64,000 bases of DNA, taken from assembly GCA_963751455.1 (NCBI GenBank), contig CAVVUN010000002.1, positions 224,001 to 288,000 on the forward strand, written 5' to 3'. The DNA is from Nitrospirota bacterium. GTDB taxonomy: Bacteria > Nitrospirota > UBA9217. Both the position numbers and the translations under genes were made by a program. Every line of letters starts with the position of its first letter. Position 1 is the stretch's first letter. Positions 1-11,671 of the stretch are shown in pieces. The notes beneath the pieces were generated by a model. The model was given only the letters and a program-made list of their open reading frames with translations, did no database searches and was not told the origin of the DNA.

Positions 1-546
<546 letters not shown>

Positions 547-639
547 AGACAAACACGAAATTCGAAATCCAAAACGTTTAGGTTTGGTTTCCTGTTTTGC
601 AGATTTATTTTTCGGTTTGTTTAGTAACTAAGGATTCAA

Positions 640-803
640 AATCTTCTCAAAACGGGAAGAATATTTACCGCGAAGACGCGAGGGACGCAAGGAAACCATG
701 CAACATCTTTTCAGGTTTTAAAAACCCTGCTGTTGGCTTTGCTTTCCCCGCGACCATTGCGCCTTTGCGGTTCAAGGTTTTACTTCCGGCTTGTCCGGGT
801 TAG
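640..803. repeat. palindromic intergenic element (CCGCGAAGACGCGAGG...GCGCCTTTGCGG core); diverged inverted copy at ~9830-9975
   Basis: Inverted arms; reverse complement aligns by eye with ACAAGCCGGAA...TTGAACCGC...CTTCGCGGTAAAT...CCGTTTTGAGA at ~9834-9972. Confidence 0.7.
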
Positions 804-840
804 GATTTAGAGATTCTAATTTAGAGATTGAACTAACGTT

Positions 841-1485
841 ATGATGAAAAATTACGGAATACCGGTCGCATCGGAGGGATGGCCTTTCATCATCCCGCTG
901 GCGGTGATAACCGCTCTGCTTTTTGTGTTCGGCTGGAAGTACACAGGGCTCGCAGCGCTGGTTCTTACGCTGTTTGTCCTGTTTTTTTTCCGGGACCCGG
1001 AACGCACGATACCCGGCGGACAGGATGTTGTGGTGTCTCCGGCAGACGGCCGGGTGATAGTGATCAAGGACATCCTGGAGCCTGATTTCCTGAAGCAGGA
1101 CGTAAAACAGATCAGTATTTTTCTTTCGGTATTCAACGTACATGTGAACCGATCGCCCATCAAGGGGAAGGTTGAAGTCGTGAAATACAATCCCGGGAAA
1201 TTTCATGTCGCATCCGTGGACAAGGCATCGCTCGATAATGAACAGACCGGGATGCTACTCTCGAGCGGAAGTCACAAAATACTGGTGAAGCAGATAGCAG
1301 GTCTGATCGCCCGGCGTATCGTATGCTATGCCAAACCGGGTGATGCTCTCGAGAAGGGCCAGCGGTACGGGCTGATCAGGTTCGGTTCACGGGTGGATAT
1401 TTTTCTCCCCAAAAACGCTGAAATCAAGGTCAATATCGGCGACCGGGTAAAGGGCGGCAGGGACATCATCGGAGTGCTTAAATGA
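841..1485 (+). CDS. psd: phosphatidylserine decarboxylase proenzyme
   Basis: FFRDPER, SPADG, NVHVNRSP, FGSRVD self-cleavage motif; adjacent to pssA. Confidence 0.95.
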   Translation: MMKNYGIPVASEGWPFIIPLAVITALLFVFGWKYTGLAALVLTLFVLFFFRDPERTIPGGQDVVVSPADGRVIVIKDILEPDFLKQDVKQISIFLSVFNVHVNRSPIKGKVEVVKYNPGKFHVASVDKASLDNEQTGMLLSSGSHKILVKQIAGLIARRIVCYAKPGDALEKGQRYGLIRFGSRVDIFLPKNAEIKVNIGDRVKGGRDIIGVLK

Positions 1486-2234
1486 AAAAAGGGATCTATC
1501 TGCTCCCGAACCTCATGACGCTTACCAGCATGTTCCTCGGCTATTACTCGATAGTCCGATCGTTCAACGCTGACTATGAGGTGGCTGCCTGGTCGATTAT
1601 GGCGGCGTCGATCTTCGACGTGCTTGACGGCTGGGTCGCACGGATAACGCATACGGCCACAAAGTTCGGGATCGAGATCGATTCGCTGTCCGACGTGATT
1701 TCCTTCGGTGTCGCTCCAGGGGTCCTTGTCTATACCTGGACTCTCCAGTCCTTCGGCAAGATCGGGTGGCTCGGCTCTTTTTTCCTCGTTGCCTGCGCGG
1801 CGCTCCGTCTTGCCCGGTTCAATGTGCAGATGGGAAGCGTCGAGAAGAAGCATTTTACCGGCCTTCCCACGCCCGCGGCCGCGCTCGTGATCGCCACAAC
1901 GGTGCTTGCATATGAAGAGGTAGTGGATATTCTCCAGAACCTTGACCTGGTCCGGCTGGCTGACGCCGTGCGGACGGACTACTGGGTGCTCGTATTGACG
2001 TTTCTTCTTGCGGGGCTGATGGTAAGCAACATTACCTATCACAGCCTTAAGGAGGCGAATTTAAGACAGCGCCGCCCCTTCGGGATACTGGTCGGTATGG
2101 CGGCGTTTCTTGCGGTCGTGGCGTATCATCCTTCGCTTGTCCTGTTCCTGGTTTCAATGACCTATGTGGCAACCGGCCTTGCAGAAGCGTTCTACCGGCT
2201 GCTCAAGAAGAAACCCGGGGAACTCACTTCGTAG
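1482..2234 (+). CDS. pssA: CDP-diacylglycerol--serine O-phosphatidyltransferase
   Basis: LPNLMT, DVLDGWVAR, DSLSDVISFGVAP, RLARFN, FTGLPTP. Confidence 0.95.
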   Translation: MKKGIYLLPNLMTLTSMFLGYYSIVRSFNADYEVAAWSIMAASIFDVLDGWVARITHTATKFGIEIDSLSDVISFGVAPGVLVYTWTLQSFGKIGWLGSFFLVACAALRLARFNVQMGSVEKKHFTGLPTPAAALVIATTVLAYEEVVDILQNLDLVRLADAVRTDYWVLVLTFLLAGLMVSNITYHSLKEANLRQRRPFGILVGMAAFLAVVAYHPSLVLFLVSMTYVATGLAEAFYRLLKKKPGELTS

Positions 2235-2272
2235 TCCCGGCTTTGCACGGCAATTTTGAAGCTGAAACGACG

Positions 2273-2304
2273 AGAGATCAAAGTTTTTTTCTGATCTCTT
2301 TTTT
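2273..2304 (+). terminator. probable intrinsic terminator between pssA and leuA
   Basis: AGAGATCA...TGATCTCT stem followed by T-run. Confidence 0.55.
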
Positions 2305-2359
2305 CATATAGAAAGAGCATCATGCAAAGAGCGGCTGCCTGTATGCCGTGGAGGAATCA

Positions 2360-3904
2360 ATGAGCAGAATCGTCAGGATATTTGATACGACGCTCCGTGA
2401 CGGCGAACAATCGCCGGGGGCCAGCATGAACACGGCGGAAAAAATAGAGATTGCGCGTCAGCTCGTGCGTCTGGGCGTCGATGTGATTGAAGCGGGATTC
2501 CCCATCTCGAGCCCCGGCGATTTCGACAGCGTCAGAAAGATCGGGACGGAAGTGGGTGACGCGGCTGTCGTCTGCGGCCTTTCGCGTGCAATAGAAAAAG
2601 ATATCGAAGTCGCGGCCGACGCACTGGCAACCGCTAAACGTCCGCGCATCCATACAGGCATCGGTGTTTCCGAGAGTCATCTCAACCACAAACTGCGCAT
2701 CAGCCGCGAAGAGGCGGTGGAACGCGCAGTAGCCGCAGTCAAACGGGCGCGCTCGTACGTGCCGGATGTCGAATTTTACGCGGAGGACGCCGGCCGCGCA
2801 GTACCGGATTTCCTGTACCGGATGATAGAAGCGGTCATCAAGGCGGGTGCTACGGTTGTCAATATCCCGGACACCACGGGCTATACGTATCCGGAGGAGT
2901 ACGGCGCACTGATCCGCGGTCTCATGGAGCACGTACCCGGTATCGAGAAGGTGACGGTGTCCGTGCATTGCCACAACGATCTGGGCATGGCCACTGCAAA
3001 CGCCCTGGCTGGGGTAAGAAACGGGGCGGGACAGGTTGAATGCACCGTGAACGGCATCGGGGAACGCGCAGGGAATACATCGATGGAAGAGGTCGTCATG
3101 GCGCTGCGTCAACGCCGCGATTATTTCGATCTCGACACGAACATCAATACGAAGGAAATCATCAGAACTTCGCGCCTGGTCTCCTCGGTCACCGGTATCG
3201 TTATCCAGCCGAACAAGGCGATTGTCGGCGCAAATGCCTTTGCGCACTCTTCCGGCATCCATCAGGATGGTGTGCTTAAAGAGCGCTCGACTTACGAGAT
3301 CATCGACCCGGCCGATGTGGGCGCAGGCGGGTCTTCCATCGTCCTTACCGCCCGATCGGGGCGGCATGCGCTGCGCCATAGGATGACCGAACTCGGCAGC
3401 GAGCTGCCTGATGCGGAATTCGAGAAAGTGTACGAAGCGTTTCTCAGCCTGGCCGATAAGAAAAAGGAAGTGTATGATGAAGACATTGAAGCGCTTATTT
3501 CCGACAAGGTAAAAAGCGTCGTTGAAGTATATATTCTCAAGAACCTCAGGGCCGAGAGCGGCACAGGCATGACTCCGACAGCCACTGTGGAAATGCAGGT
3601 GGACGGCAAGGCCGTCAAGCAGACGGGGAGCGGAGACGGACCTGTCGACGCCGTGTATCGGACGATAGCTGCGATGACGGGCACGAAAAGCAGACTCGAT
3701 GCGTACCTGGTAAAGGGCATAACGGGCGGGACTGACGCGCTCGGCGAAGTCACCGTTAAAGTCGAGGAAGCGGGCAAAAAAGTTGCCGGACACGGCGCCG
3801 ATACGGACATCATCGTGGCGAGCGCAAAAGCATATGTGAACGCGCTGAACAAACTGGAATACTGGAAGAAGGGAAAGCAGAACAGCGTGAAGGGTGGGAA
3901 GTGA
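2360..3904 (+). CDS. leuA: 2-isopropylmalate synthase
   Basis: [35 protein letters not shown]; GGAGG RBS before ATG 2360. Confidence 0.96.
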   Translation: MSRIVRIFDTTLRDGEQSPGASMNTAEKIEIARQLVRLGVDVIEAGFPISSPGDFDSVRKIGTEVGDAAVVCGLSRAIEKDIEVAADALATAKRPRIHTGIGVSESHLNHKLRISREEAVERAVAAVKRARSYVPDVEFYAEDAGRAVPDFLYRMIEAVIKAGATVVNIPDTTGYTYPEEYGALIRGLMEHVPGIEKVTVSVHCHNDLGMATANALAGVRNGAGQVECTVNGIGERAGNTSMEEVVMALRQRRDYFDLDTNINTKEIIRTSRLVSSVTGIVIQPNKAIVGANAFAHSSGIHQDGVLKERSTYEIIDPADVGAGGSSIVLTARSGRHALRHRMTELGSELPDAEFEKVYEAFLSLADKKKEVYDEDIEALISDKVKSVVEVYILKNLRAESGTGMTPTATVEMQVDGKAVKQTGSGDGPVDAVYRTIAAMTGTKSRLDAYLVKGITGGTDALGEVTVKVEEAGKKVAGHGADTDIIVASAKAYVNALNKLEYWKKGKQNSVKGGK

Positions 3905-4047
3905 AAGGTGAAAACGTCTTTTATATTTCACTCTTCACGTTGGAAAAAAGCAGTTGAATCTAGACTGGGGATACTGTATATTCGAAAATTGTAAACTACC
4001 AAGTCCGGTGCGCCCGGTGACGGGCTCTGAGTAGTAATAAAAAAACT

Positions 4048-5307
4048 ATGATGACCATTACTGAAAAGATACTCGCCGCTCACTGCGGCAAAAAAGAAGT
4101 AAAGCCCGGAGAACTTATCAACGCAAAGCTCGACCTGGTGCTTGCGAACGACATTACCGCTCCGATCTCCATCAAGGAGTTCCGGGCAGCGGGCGCGAAA
4201 AAGGTGTTCGATCCGGCGCGGATTGCGCTCATCCCGGACCACTTCGCCCCGAACAAGGACATTGCATCAGCCGAACAGTGCAGCATGCTCCGGCAGTTCT
4301 CGCGCGAACATGAGCTCTCGCTCTATTTCGAGGTAGGCAGGATGGGTGTTGAGCATGCCCTTCTGCCGGAGCAGGGGATTGTCGTGCCCGGAGATGTCGT
4401 GATCGGAGCCGACAGCCATACCTGCACGTACGGAGGTCTGGGCGCGTTCTCAACAGGGGTCGGCAGCACGGACGTGGCCGCGGCCATGATAACGGGCGAG
4501 GCCTGGTTCAAAGTGCCGGAAAGCATGAAATTCATTTACAAGGGCAAGCTCGGGAAATGGGTCGGCGGCAAGGACATCATTCTCCGGACTATCGGGGATA
4601 TCGGAGTGGACGGCGCCCTCTACCGCGCAATGGAGTTCACGGGAGAACCCATCCGCAAGCTGCCTATGTCGGGACGCCTTACCATCTGTAATATGGCGAT
4701 CGAGGCCGGAGGAAAGAACGGCATCATCGAGCCCGATGAAATAACCGAAAAGTATGCGGCAAAGCGCGCACAGCGCAAGTACCGGTTCTTCAAGAGCGAC
4801 AAAAAGGCCAACTATGCCGATGTGCGCGAATACGATCTGACCGGCATGGAGCCGCAGATCGCCTGTCCGCACCTTCCGGAAAACGTCAAGCCGGTGAGCG
4901 TGCTTGCATCAGTCAATATCGATCAGTCCGTGGTCGGTTCCTGTACGAACGGCAGGATCGAGGACATCCGCGAAGCGGCCAAGGTGATCAAAGGCCATAA
5001 AGTGCACCCCTATGTCCGCATGATAGTAATACCGGCCACCCAGGCGGTCTATAAACAATCGATCAAAGAAGGCCTCGTGGACGTTTTCATCGACGCGGGC
5101 GCTGCGTTCAGCACCCCGACGTGCGGTCCCTGCCTGGGCGGCCATATGGGCATTCTGGCAGCGGGAGAGAAGGCGATTTCGACGACGAACCGCAATTTCG
5201 TGGGACGCATGGGGCATCCCAAGAGCGAAGTGTACCTCTCGAACCCCGCGATTGCGGCTGCATCCGCCGTGCTTGGAAGGATCGGCAGGCCGGAAGAGCT
5301 GAAATAA
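4048..5307 (+). CDS. leuC: 3-isopropylmalate dehydratase large subunit
   Basis: [30 protein letters not shown]. Confidence 0.96.
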   Translation: MMTITEKILAAHCGKKEVKPGELINAKLDLVLANDITAPISIKEFRAAGAKKVFDPARIALIPDHFAPNKDIASAEQCSMLRQFSREHELSLYFEVGRMGVEHALLPEQGIVVPGDVVIGADSHTCTYGGLGAFSTGVGSTDVAAAMITGEAWFKVPESMKFIYKGKLGKWVGGKDIILRTIGDIGVDGALYRAMEFTGEPIRKLPMSGRLTICNMAIEAGGKNGIIEPDEITEKYAAKRAQRKYRFFKSDKKANYADVREYDLTGMEPQIACPHLPENVKPVSVLASVNIDQSVVGSCTNGRIEDIREAAKVIKGHKVHPYVRMIVIPATQAVYKQSIKEGLVDVFIDAGAAFSTPTCGPCLGGHMGILAAGEKAISTTNRNFVGRMGHPKSEVYLSNPAIAAASAVLGRIGRPEELK

Positions 5308-5319
5308 GAATCAATATCT

Positions 5320-5410
5320 TTGGACGCGGATCAACGCGAAAAAAGCGGATTAAGCAAATAGCAAAATTGTAAGATGTGAAATCTGCGTGCATCTGCGGAA
5401 TCTGCGGATA
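5320..5410. repeat. REP-like palindrome (GACGCGGAT...ATCTGCG family)
   Basis: TTTGGACGCGGATCAACGCG arm and ATCTGCGTGCATCTGCGGAATCTGCGG arm; related copies at ~18741, ~24840, ~49855, ~53090. Confidence 0.6.
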
Positions 5411-5427
5411 AACATCAAGAGGTTTAT

Positions 5428-5925
5428 ATGAAATTCAAAGGCAATGCATGGAAATTCGGAGCGGACATCGATACGGACGCCATCATTCCGGCCCGTTACC
5501 TGAACACTTCCGAGCCGAAGGAGCTTGCGCTGCACTGCATGGAAGATTCCGCTAATCCGGATTTTATTAAGAAAATGAAGCCGGGCGATATCATCGTGGC
5601 GGGCAAGAATTTCGGTTGCGGATCTTCCCGCGAACACGCGCCGATCGCGATAAAAGCCGCAGGAGTGTCGTGCGTTGTTGCGAAAAGCTTCGCCCGCATC
5701 TTCTACCGGAACTGCTTCAACATGGGACTTCCCATCTTCGAGAGCGCTGAAGCCGCAGAAGGGATCAGCGAGGGCGACCAGATAGAGGTGGACGCCGACG
5801 CAGGGGTAATACGGAATCTATCTACAAATAAAACCTTTCAGGTTACGCCAGTGCCGCCTTTTATGCAGGAGTTGATCGCAGCCGGAGGCCTCATGGCCTA
5901 TACGAGGAAAAAGGCGGGCCTCTGA
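5428..5925 (+). CDS. leuD: 3-isopropylmalate dehydratase small subunit
   Basis: [30 protein letters not shown]. Confidence 0.96.
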   Translation: MKFKGNAWKFGADIDTDAIIPARYLNTSEPKELALHCMEDSANPDFIKKMKPGDIIVAGKNFGCGSSREHAPIAIKAAGVSCVVAKSFARIFYRNCFNMGLPIFESAEAAEGISEGDQIEVDADAGVIRNLSTNKTFQVTPVPPFMQELIAAGGLMAYTRKKAGL

Positions 5926-6140
5926 TGTCGGCCTTTAAACCGGAGCCTTTGGTCCGTCCTCGCACGGCGACCGGCGGCATTCCTTGCGCTGTATGCGTTT
6001 ATTTCAGCAGGAACCTTGAAAAAACAGAGTATCCCGTACTGATGGAAAAGCACGAAGGGTGCGGACTGGGATTCCTTCCCGGGGATCAAGCGTGTACGGA
6101 GATGCGGACGGACAACTGCAGCGTGAGGAAATCTCTATGA
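5925..6140 (+). CDS. small Cys-rich hypothetical protein
   Basis: TGATG overlap with leuD and ATGA overlap with next gene; CAVC plus three further Cys. Confidence 0.7.
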   Translation: MSAFKPEPLVRPRTATGGIPCAVCVYFSRNLEKTEYPVLMEKHEGCGLGFLPGDQACTEMRTDNCSVRKSL

Positions 6141-6346
6141 AACGGATGAACATGAAAGTAGAAGGAATCACCTGCTCCGGATGCGCCGTTGATGTCGCTT
6201 CGGCCTTGAAGAATGCCGATGGCGTGCTGAACGCGGATGCGAGCTATTCAACAGGAGATGTAAACATAGAATTTGACCCCGGGGAAATTGACGAAAACAA
6301 AGTTCTCGAGCTCATAAAAAAACTCGGTTTGAAAAAAATATCCTGA
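6137..6346 (+). CDS. heavy-metal-associated (HMA, CopZ-like) domain protein
   Basis: VEGITCSGC metal-binding motif, 69 aa, GAGG RBS. Confidence 0.85.
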   Translation: MKRMNMKVEGITCSGCAVDVASALKNADGVLNADASYSTGDVNIEFDPGEIDENKVLELIKKLGLKKIS

Positions 6347-6379
6347 TCTGTATGAATTTTATCTGAGGAGTCATCATCC

Positions 6380-7456
6380 ATGTCGACGACGTACAAGATT
6401 GCAACTATTCCCGGAGACGGAACCGGGCCGGAAGTCGTTCAGGAAGCTATAAAGGTACTTCAGGCAGCGGCAGCAAAGGGCGGGTTCAAACTGGAATTCA
6501 CGGAATTCGACTTCGGCGCAGCCCGCTATTTAAGGACCGGAGAAACCCTTCCGGACAGCGCAATCAACGAATTCCGGAAGTTCGACTCCATGTTTCTCGG
6601 CGCCATCGGACACCCGGATGTAAAACCCGGGATTCTTGAGACAGGGATTTTGCTCAAGATCCGCTTCACCCTGGATCAGTACATCAATCTCCGTCCCGTA
6701 AAGCTCTATCCGAACGTAGAGACGCCGCTCAGAGACAAGGGGCCCGAGCATATCGATTTCGTGGTTATCCGGGAGAACACGGGGGGCATCTATACGGGAC
6801 ACGGAGGAGCGACGCGCGTCGGCACCACCGAGGAGATCGCAACGCAGCTGATGGTGTATGATCGCAGGACCGTGGACAGATGCCTCAAATATGCCTTTGA
6901 ACTGAAGAAGAAACGGAATGCCGGAAACAGAAAATACGCTGAAAAGCCGATCACGCTCATCCACAAACGGAACGTGTTGACCCACTGTGGAGATCTCTGG
7001 TATCGCGCCTTCGAGGAGATGGGAGCGAAGCAGTATCCCGAGCTCAAGCGCGATTACAATCACATCGACGCAGCGAATATGTGGTTTGTCAAGAACCCGG
7101 AATGGTTCGACGTGGCCGTGACGGAGAACCTCTTCGGAGATATTATTACCGATGTCGGCGCCATGATCCAGGGAGGACTCGGTGTTGCGTCCGGCGGGAA
7201 CATCAATCCGGAAGGGGTGTCGATGTTCGAGCCCATGGGCGGCAGCGCACCGAAATACGCAGGCCAGAACGCGATCAACCCTATGGCGGCAATCGGCGCG
7301 GCCATGATGATGCTGGAATCCCTCGGCGAAGCAAAGTCCTCGCAAGCAATCGAAAATGCCATGATCTCGACCATGAAAAAGATGAAGAGCCAGGCAGCCG
7401 GGAAGATGGGCATGTCCACTACCGAGGTCGGGGACATGGTGGCGGGCCTCCTTTGA
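6380..7456 (+). CDS. leuB: 3-isopropylmalate dehydrogenase
   Basis: IPGDGTGPEV, NLRPVKL, RENTGG, NLFGDIITD, FEPMGGSAP; leu context. Confidence 0.92.
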   Translation: MSTTYKIATIPGDGTGPEVVQEAIKVLQAAAAKGGFKLEFTEFDFGAARYLRTGETLPDSAINEFRKFDSMFLGAIGHPDVKPGILETGILLKIRFTLDQYINLRPVKLYPNVETPLRDKGPEHIDFVVIRENTGGIYTGHGGATRVGTTEEIATQLMVYDRRTVDRCLKYAFELKKKRNAGNRKYAEKPITLIHKRNVLTHCGDLWYRAFEEMGAKQYPELKRDYNHIDAANMWFVKNPEWFDVAVTENLFGDIITDVGAMIQGGLGVASGGNINPEGVSMFEPMGGSAPKYAGQNAINPMAAIGAAMMMLESLGEAKSSQAIENAMISTMKKMKSQAAGKMGMSTTEVGDMVAGLL

Positions 7457-7574
7457 ATGCGAAATGGGGAGTGCGGCATTAGGAACTGTTGGCAACCCGG
7501 AAGCTTTTTATGACTTCATCCGGGCTTCACATACCTTAACGTAAGAAATATTTTCAACAGATGGAGATGGCGAA

Positions 7575-8687
7575 ATGATGCGAACAGGTTTTATCGGTTG
7601 GCGGGGAATGGTTGGTTCCGTGCTGATGGGCCGGATGAAGGAAGAGAAGGACTTCGATTTCGTAGATCCGGTGTTCTTCACCACCTCGAACGTCGGGGGC
7701 AAGGGTCCGGACATCGGCAAGGCAGTTCCGGCGCTCAAGGATGCGAAGAACATCGATGAACTTAGGAAGCTTGACGCTATTGTCTCCTGCCAGGGCGGCG
7801 AATACACAACCGAAGTGTACCCGAAACTGCGCCAGGCCGGTTGGAAGGGCTACTGGATCGACGCCGCATCAACGCTACGCATGACGGATGATTCCATTAT
7901 CGTTCTCGATCCCGTGAACATGAAAGTGATCAAGGACGGTCTTGCAAAAGGAGTTAAAAATTATATCGGAGGAAACTGCACTGTATCGCTCATGCTCATG
8001 GCGCTCGGCGCTCTGTACGAAAGAGACCTCATCGAATGGATGAGCGCAATGACTTACCAGGCTGCATCGGGAGCGGGCGCAAACAATATGCGCGAGTTAA
8101 TCAAGCAGATGGGCTCGATCTACGGAGAGGTAAAGGACCTCCTCAACGATCCGGCGGGAGCAATTCTTGAAATTGACAAAAAGGTTTCTGACCATATTCG
8201 GTGTGAGGCCTATCCCAAGGAGTGCTTCGGCGCCCCGCTCGCCGGCAGTCTGATCCCGTGGATCGACAAGCAGCTCGACAACGGCCAGAGCAGGGAAGAA
8301 TGGAAGGGCCAGGCGGAGACGAACAAGATCCTCGGCCGGAACCGGAACCCGATTCCGATCGACGGGACATGTGTGCGTGTCGGCGCAATGCGCTGCCACA
8401 GCCAGGCGCTTACCATTAAAATGAAAAAAGATGTTCCGCTCGACGAGATTACGGAAATGATCGCGAAACACAACAAGTGGGTAAAGGTCGTGCCCAATGT
8501 TCGCGAAACATCCATGAAGGAGCTGACCCCGGCTGCCATTACCGGAACGCTTACCGTCCCGGTCGGCAGGCTAAGGAAAATGAACATGGGGCCGACATTC
8601 CTGAACGCGTTTACATGCGGAGATCAACTTCTGTGGGGCGCAGCAGAACCGCTTCGGAGAATGCTCAGGATAGTTGTGGAACAATAA
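7575..8687 (+). CDS. asd: aspartate-semialdehyde dehydrogenase (E. coli-type)
   Basis: [28 protein letters not shown]. Confidence 0.96.
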   Translation: MMRTGFIGWRGMVGSVLMGRMKEEKDFDFVDPVFFTTSNVGGKGPDIGKAVPALKDAKNIDELRKLDAIVSCQGGEYTTEVYPKLRQAGWKGYWIDAASTLRMTDDSIIVLDPVNMKVIKDGLAKGVKNYIGGNCTVSLMLMALGALYERDLIEWMSAMTYQAASGAGANNMRELIKQMGSIYGEVKDLLNDPAGAILEIDKKVSDHIRCEAYPKECFGAPLAGSLIPWIDKQLDNGQSREEWKGQAETNKILGRNRNPIPIDGTCVRVGAMRCHSQALTIKMKKDVPLDEITEMIAKHNKWVKVVPNVRETSMKELTPAAITGTLTVPVGRLRKMNMGPTFLNAFTCGDQLLWGAAEPLRRMLRIVVEQ

Positions 8688-8738
8688 TTAAGACTGCCGC
8701 GAAGCCTTCGCGGTTAAACAGGTTTCGGGCTTCCCAGA

Positions 8739-9773
8739 ATGCTTAAAAAGAAAACCAAATACGTCGTTGCTGTTGCCGGCGCAACTGGCGCAGTGGGCAG
8801 GGAAATGCTCGAGATCCTGGAGGAGCGCAATTTTCCCGCGGCGGAGGTCGTGCCCCTCGCCTCGGAAAGCACCGAGGGCGAGAGGGTTCAATTTAACGGC
8901 AAATCCTGGACGGTGAGGAGACTTACCGGCGACTCTTTCAAAGAGGTTGATATTGCGCTTTTCTCGGCCGGCTCCGAGCGCAGTCTCGAGTTTGCTCAGG
9001 CAGCAGTGGGATCCGGAGCGGTCGTGATCGACAACTCCAGCGCTTTTCGGATGGACCCGAAGGTCCCGCTCGTCGTACCCGAAGTCAATCCGCATGCGAT
9101 CAGGAAGCACAGCGGAATCATTGCAAATCCGAACTGCTCCACCATAGGCATGGTCCTCGCGCTCAAGCCGATCCATGACGCCGTTAAGATCAGACGGGTC
9201 GTGGTAACGACCTTTCAATCGGTATCCGGCACGGGCAAAAAAGGGATAGACGAACTGGCGCAGCAGACCGTGGCGCTCCTGAATTTCAGGGATGTTGAAA
9301 TAAAAGTTTATCCGCACCAGATCGCATTTAATTGCCTTCCTCATATAGATTCCTTCCTCGAAAACGGTTATACCCGCGAAGAGATGAAAATGGCGAACGA
9401 GACCAGGAAAATCTTGGAGGACGATTCCATCGCGGTGACCGCTACCGCTGTCCGGGTGCCGGTCTTCCGCTGCCATTCCGAATCCGTAAATATCGAGACC
9501 GAAAGAAAAATATCCGCGAACGAGGTCAGGGCCATCCTGTCCGGAGCGCCGGGCATTATTGTTTACGATGACCCGAAAAAAAATCTTTATCCCCTGGCGA
9601 TCGATACTACGGGTAAGGATGAGATATTTGTCGGCAGGATACGCGAGGACGAATCAATCCGGAACGGTATCAACCTGTGGATCGTGTCGGACAATTTGAG
9701 AAAAGGGGCCGCACTCAACGCCATTCAGATTGCTGAGGAATTGATTAAGCAGACAGCAAACAGCAGACACTAG
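8739..9773 (+). CDS. asd: aspartate-semialdehyde dehydrogenase (second, Bacillus-type)
   Basis: GATGAVG, DNSSAFR, NPNCST, DNLRKGAALNA. Confidence 0.92.
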   Translation: MLKKKTKYVVAVAGATGAVGREMLEILEERNFPAAEVVPLASESTEGERVQFNGKSWTVRRLTGDSFKEVDIALFSAGSERSLEFAQAAVGSGAVVIDNSSAFRMDPKVPLVVPEVNPHAIRKHSGIIANPNCSTIGMVLALKPIHDAVKIRRVVVTTFQSVSGTGKKGIDELAQQTVALLNFRDVEIKVYPHQIAFNCLPHIDSFLENGYTREEMKMANETRKILEDDSIAVTATAVRVPVFRCHSESVNIETERKISANEVRAILSGAPGIIVYDDPKKNLYPLAIDTTGKDEIFVGRIREDESIRNGINLWIVSDNLRKGAALNAIQIAEELIKQTANSRH

Positions 9774-10150
9774 TACAACGTAAACCTAGTTGTTAATAGT
9801 TCCACGACGTCATTACGGTGTGCTTTAAGCCAACAAGCCGGAACTAAAAAGATTGAACCGCGAGGGCGCAAAGGTCGCCAGGAAGGCAATACTATCCTGT
9901 GGCATATTACGGGAATTTCGCTTTCCTCGCGTTCCTCGCGACTTCGCGGTAAATGTTCCTGCCGTTTTGAGAGGAATTCGATTTGTAACTGACTACTGGA
10001 CCCGGCTAAAGGTGCAATACAATCAAGAATTAGTTTTACAGTGCACTAGTTACGAACCGGTAGAAAGCAGACTGAACACAGCAGACAGGGAGCTGATCAC
10101 TTTCCTTTATGCAGTATTCTGCCTGCTGCATACGCGTGCTCCTATTTTCC

Positions 10151-10990
10151 ATGTACAAACTCATTTCGAAAATATTCGACAAACTTGAGCGTGGGCTGGG
10201 CCCTCGCGACAAGCTTATCATCGTATCTCTTATGCTGATCATCTCGGTACTGGGGATGGTGCTTGCCGTTCGGTACTATAGTTATATTCAGAAGAATCCG
10301 GAGTTCTGCAACAGCTGTCACCTGATGGAAGAGGCATACCGGGCATGGAAACTCAGCGGGCACCGGAACATTGTATGCCAGGATTGCCATCATCTGGGGC
10401 TCATCGAGCAGAACCGGTTGCTCGTAAAATTCGTCTTTACATCCGACCGCAAGACCCCGGAACCGCATGGCAACGAAACACCGTGGAAGACGTGCACAAA
10501 GTGCCATTGGGACGAGGCTGCCCAGGGATCCCTGACCGTTAATAAATCAATCGGTCATGCACGCCATGTTTTCATGGAAAAGCTCGAGTGCAAGGATTGT
10601 CACAGCCGGAAAGTTCATGCGTTTCATCCGGACGAAGAATCATGTTTACGCTGCCATAAGGATTGGAAAGTTCACGGGATAGGGATGGAGGACATTTCTT
10701 GCCTGCGGTGCCATGCATTTTCACCGCAGAAAAGGGAGGCGTTTATACCGGATCGCGAACGGTGCCTTTCCTGTCATAGGAAATCGTCAAAATCGTCGTT
10801 CCCCGAACGAGTTCCCATGGCGAGGCTGAACTGTTACGAATGCCACAAGCCTCACGCAAAGATAAAGCCAACCGACGAAGATTGCCTGAGATGCCATACG
10901 CGCGAGGTGTTGGCGCTCAAGCAGGTGCATACATCCACAAAACGGTGCATGACCTGTCATATTCCCCATCGCTGGTCCGCGGCGCGGTAA
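10151..10990 (+). CDS. membrane-anchored multiheme cytochrome c (10 CxxCH; NapC/NirT-like N-terminus)
   Basis: N-terminal TM helix, then 10 CxxCH motifs counted in the translation. Confidence 0.9.
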   Translation: MYKLISKIFDKLERGLGPRDKLIIVSLMLIISVLGMVLAVRYYSYIQKNPEFCNSCHLMEEAYRAWKLSGHRNIVCQDCHHLGLIEQNRLLVKFVFTSDRKTPEPHGNETPWKTCTKCHWDEAAQGSLTVNKSIGHARHVFMEKLECKDCHSRKVHAFHPDEESCLRCHKDWKVHGIGMEDISCLRCHAFSPQKREAFIPDRERCLSCHRKSSKSSFPERVPMARLNCYECHKPHAKIKPTDEDCLRCHTREVLALKQVHTSTKRCMTCHIPHRWSAAR

Positions 10991-11000
10991 AACGGCACGC

Positions 11001-11255
11001 TTACTTACGTTGTTTTTTTGCTTTATTTCCGATGCCAGCGGCGAAAATTTCGTTCGCCGCGACATCATAAATGCCGCACAACGTGATAAGCTTCATGAGG
11101 CTCGGATTCGTCTCTTTTCCGGATTCGAGTCGCGAGATATAACCCTGGGTAATCCTCCCGCGATGGTCCCGGCATTGTTCCGAGATCCTGGCCACCTGAC
11201 TCATCGAAAGCTTGCTTCTGATACGTAATTTTTTTAATTTTTCTGAGAGTTTCAT
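11001..11255 (-). CDS. XRE-family HTH regulator
   Basis: LSEKLKKLR...ITQGYISRLESG...NPSL; likely start ATG 11255. Confidence 0.85.
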   Translation of the reverse strand: MKLSEKLKKLRIRSKLSMSQVARISEQCRDHRGRITQGYISRLESGKETNPSLMKLITLCGIYDVAANEIFAAGIGNKAKKQRK

Positions 11256-11305
11256 ATCGGACAATATATAACCTGATTTTTGAATAATGTCAACATTAAG
11301 TTGCA
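11256..11305 (-). promoter_or_regulatory. sigma70 promoter with overlapping CAAC-N5-GTTG palindrome
   Basis: Minus strand TTGACA-17nt-TATATA, ATG 9 nt downstream, no SD. Confidence 0.6.
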
Positions 11306-11440
11306 ATATTTTTTTTCGATGGTTGTTCAAAAATGCAAATGTTTGTGCTATATTTAAAACTATAATTTTAGATTAATTCATTTATTAAATTATTGACAAA
11401 AAACTCACGGTGGAAATCTATCGTCTTAGAGGAGAGGGCT

Positions 11441-11629
11441 ATGTATAACATTGATGTTCTTGAGAAAAAGCGGCTGGAAAAGGGTTTAAGCTATACGGAG
11501 ATCGCGGACAAACTCGGCATGCACAAAGTCACTGTGTCCCGAACGCTTAAGGGAGTTACCATGAAGCCCCGTACAGTAAAGCTTCTGGCTGACTACCTCG
11601 GCGTCGAGATGGAGAGGATTGTGCAGTAA
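11441..11629 (+). CDS. small Cro-like HTH protein
   Basis: GLSYTEIADKLGMHKVTVSRTL; GAGGAG RBS. Confidence 0.85.
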   Translation: MYNIDVLEKKRLEKGLSYTEIADKLGMHKVTVSRTLKGVTMKPRTVKLLADYLGVEMERIVQ

Positions 11630-11671
11630 GAGTTTGCAGGCTCCACACAATCTTAAGCAGTTTTAATGATG

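Noticed and set aside
2235-2359. Leucine attenuator upstream of leuA
   Set aside because: Terminator-like hairpin present but no Leu-rich leader peptide or T-box found.
2357-3931. 524-aa minus-strand ORF and similar antisense ORFs (6530-7495, 8688-9476, 49924-50847)
   Set aside because: Shadow frames of clearly identified genes.
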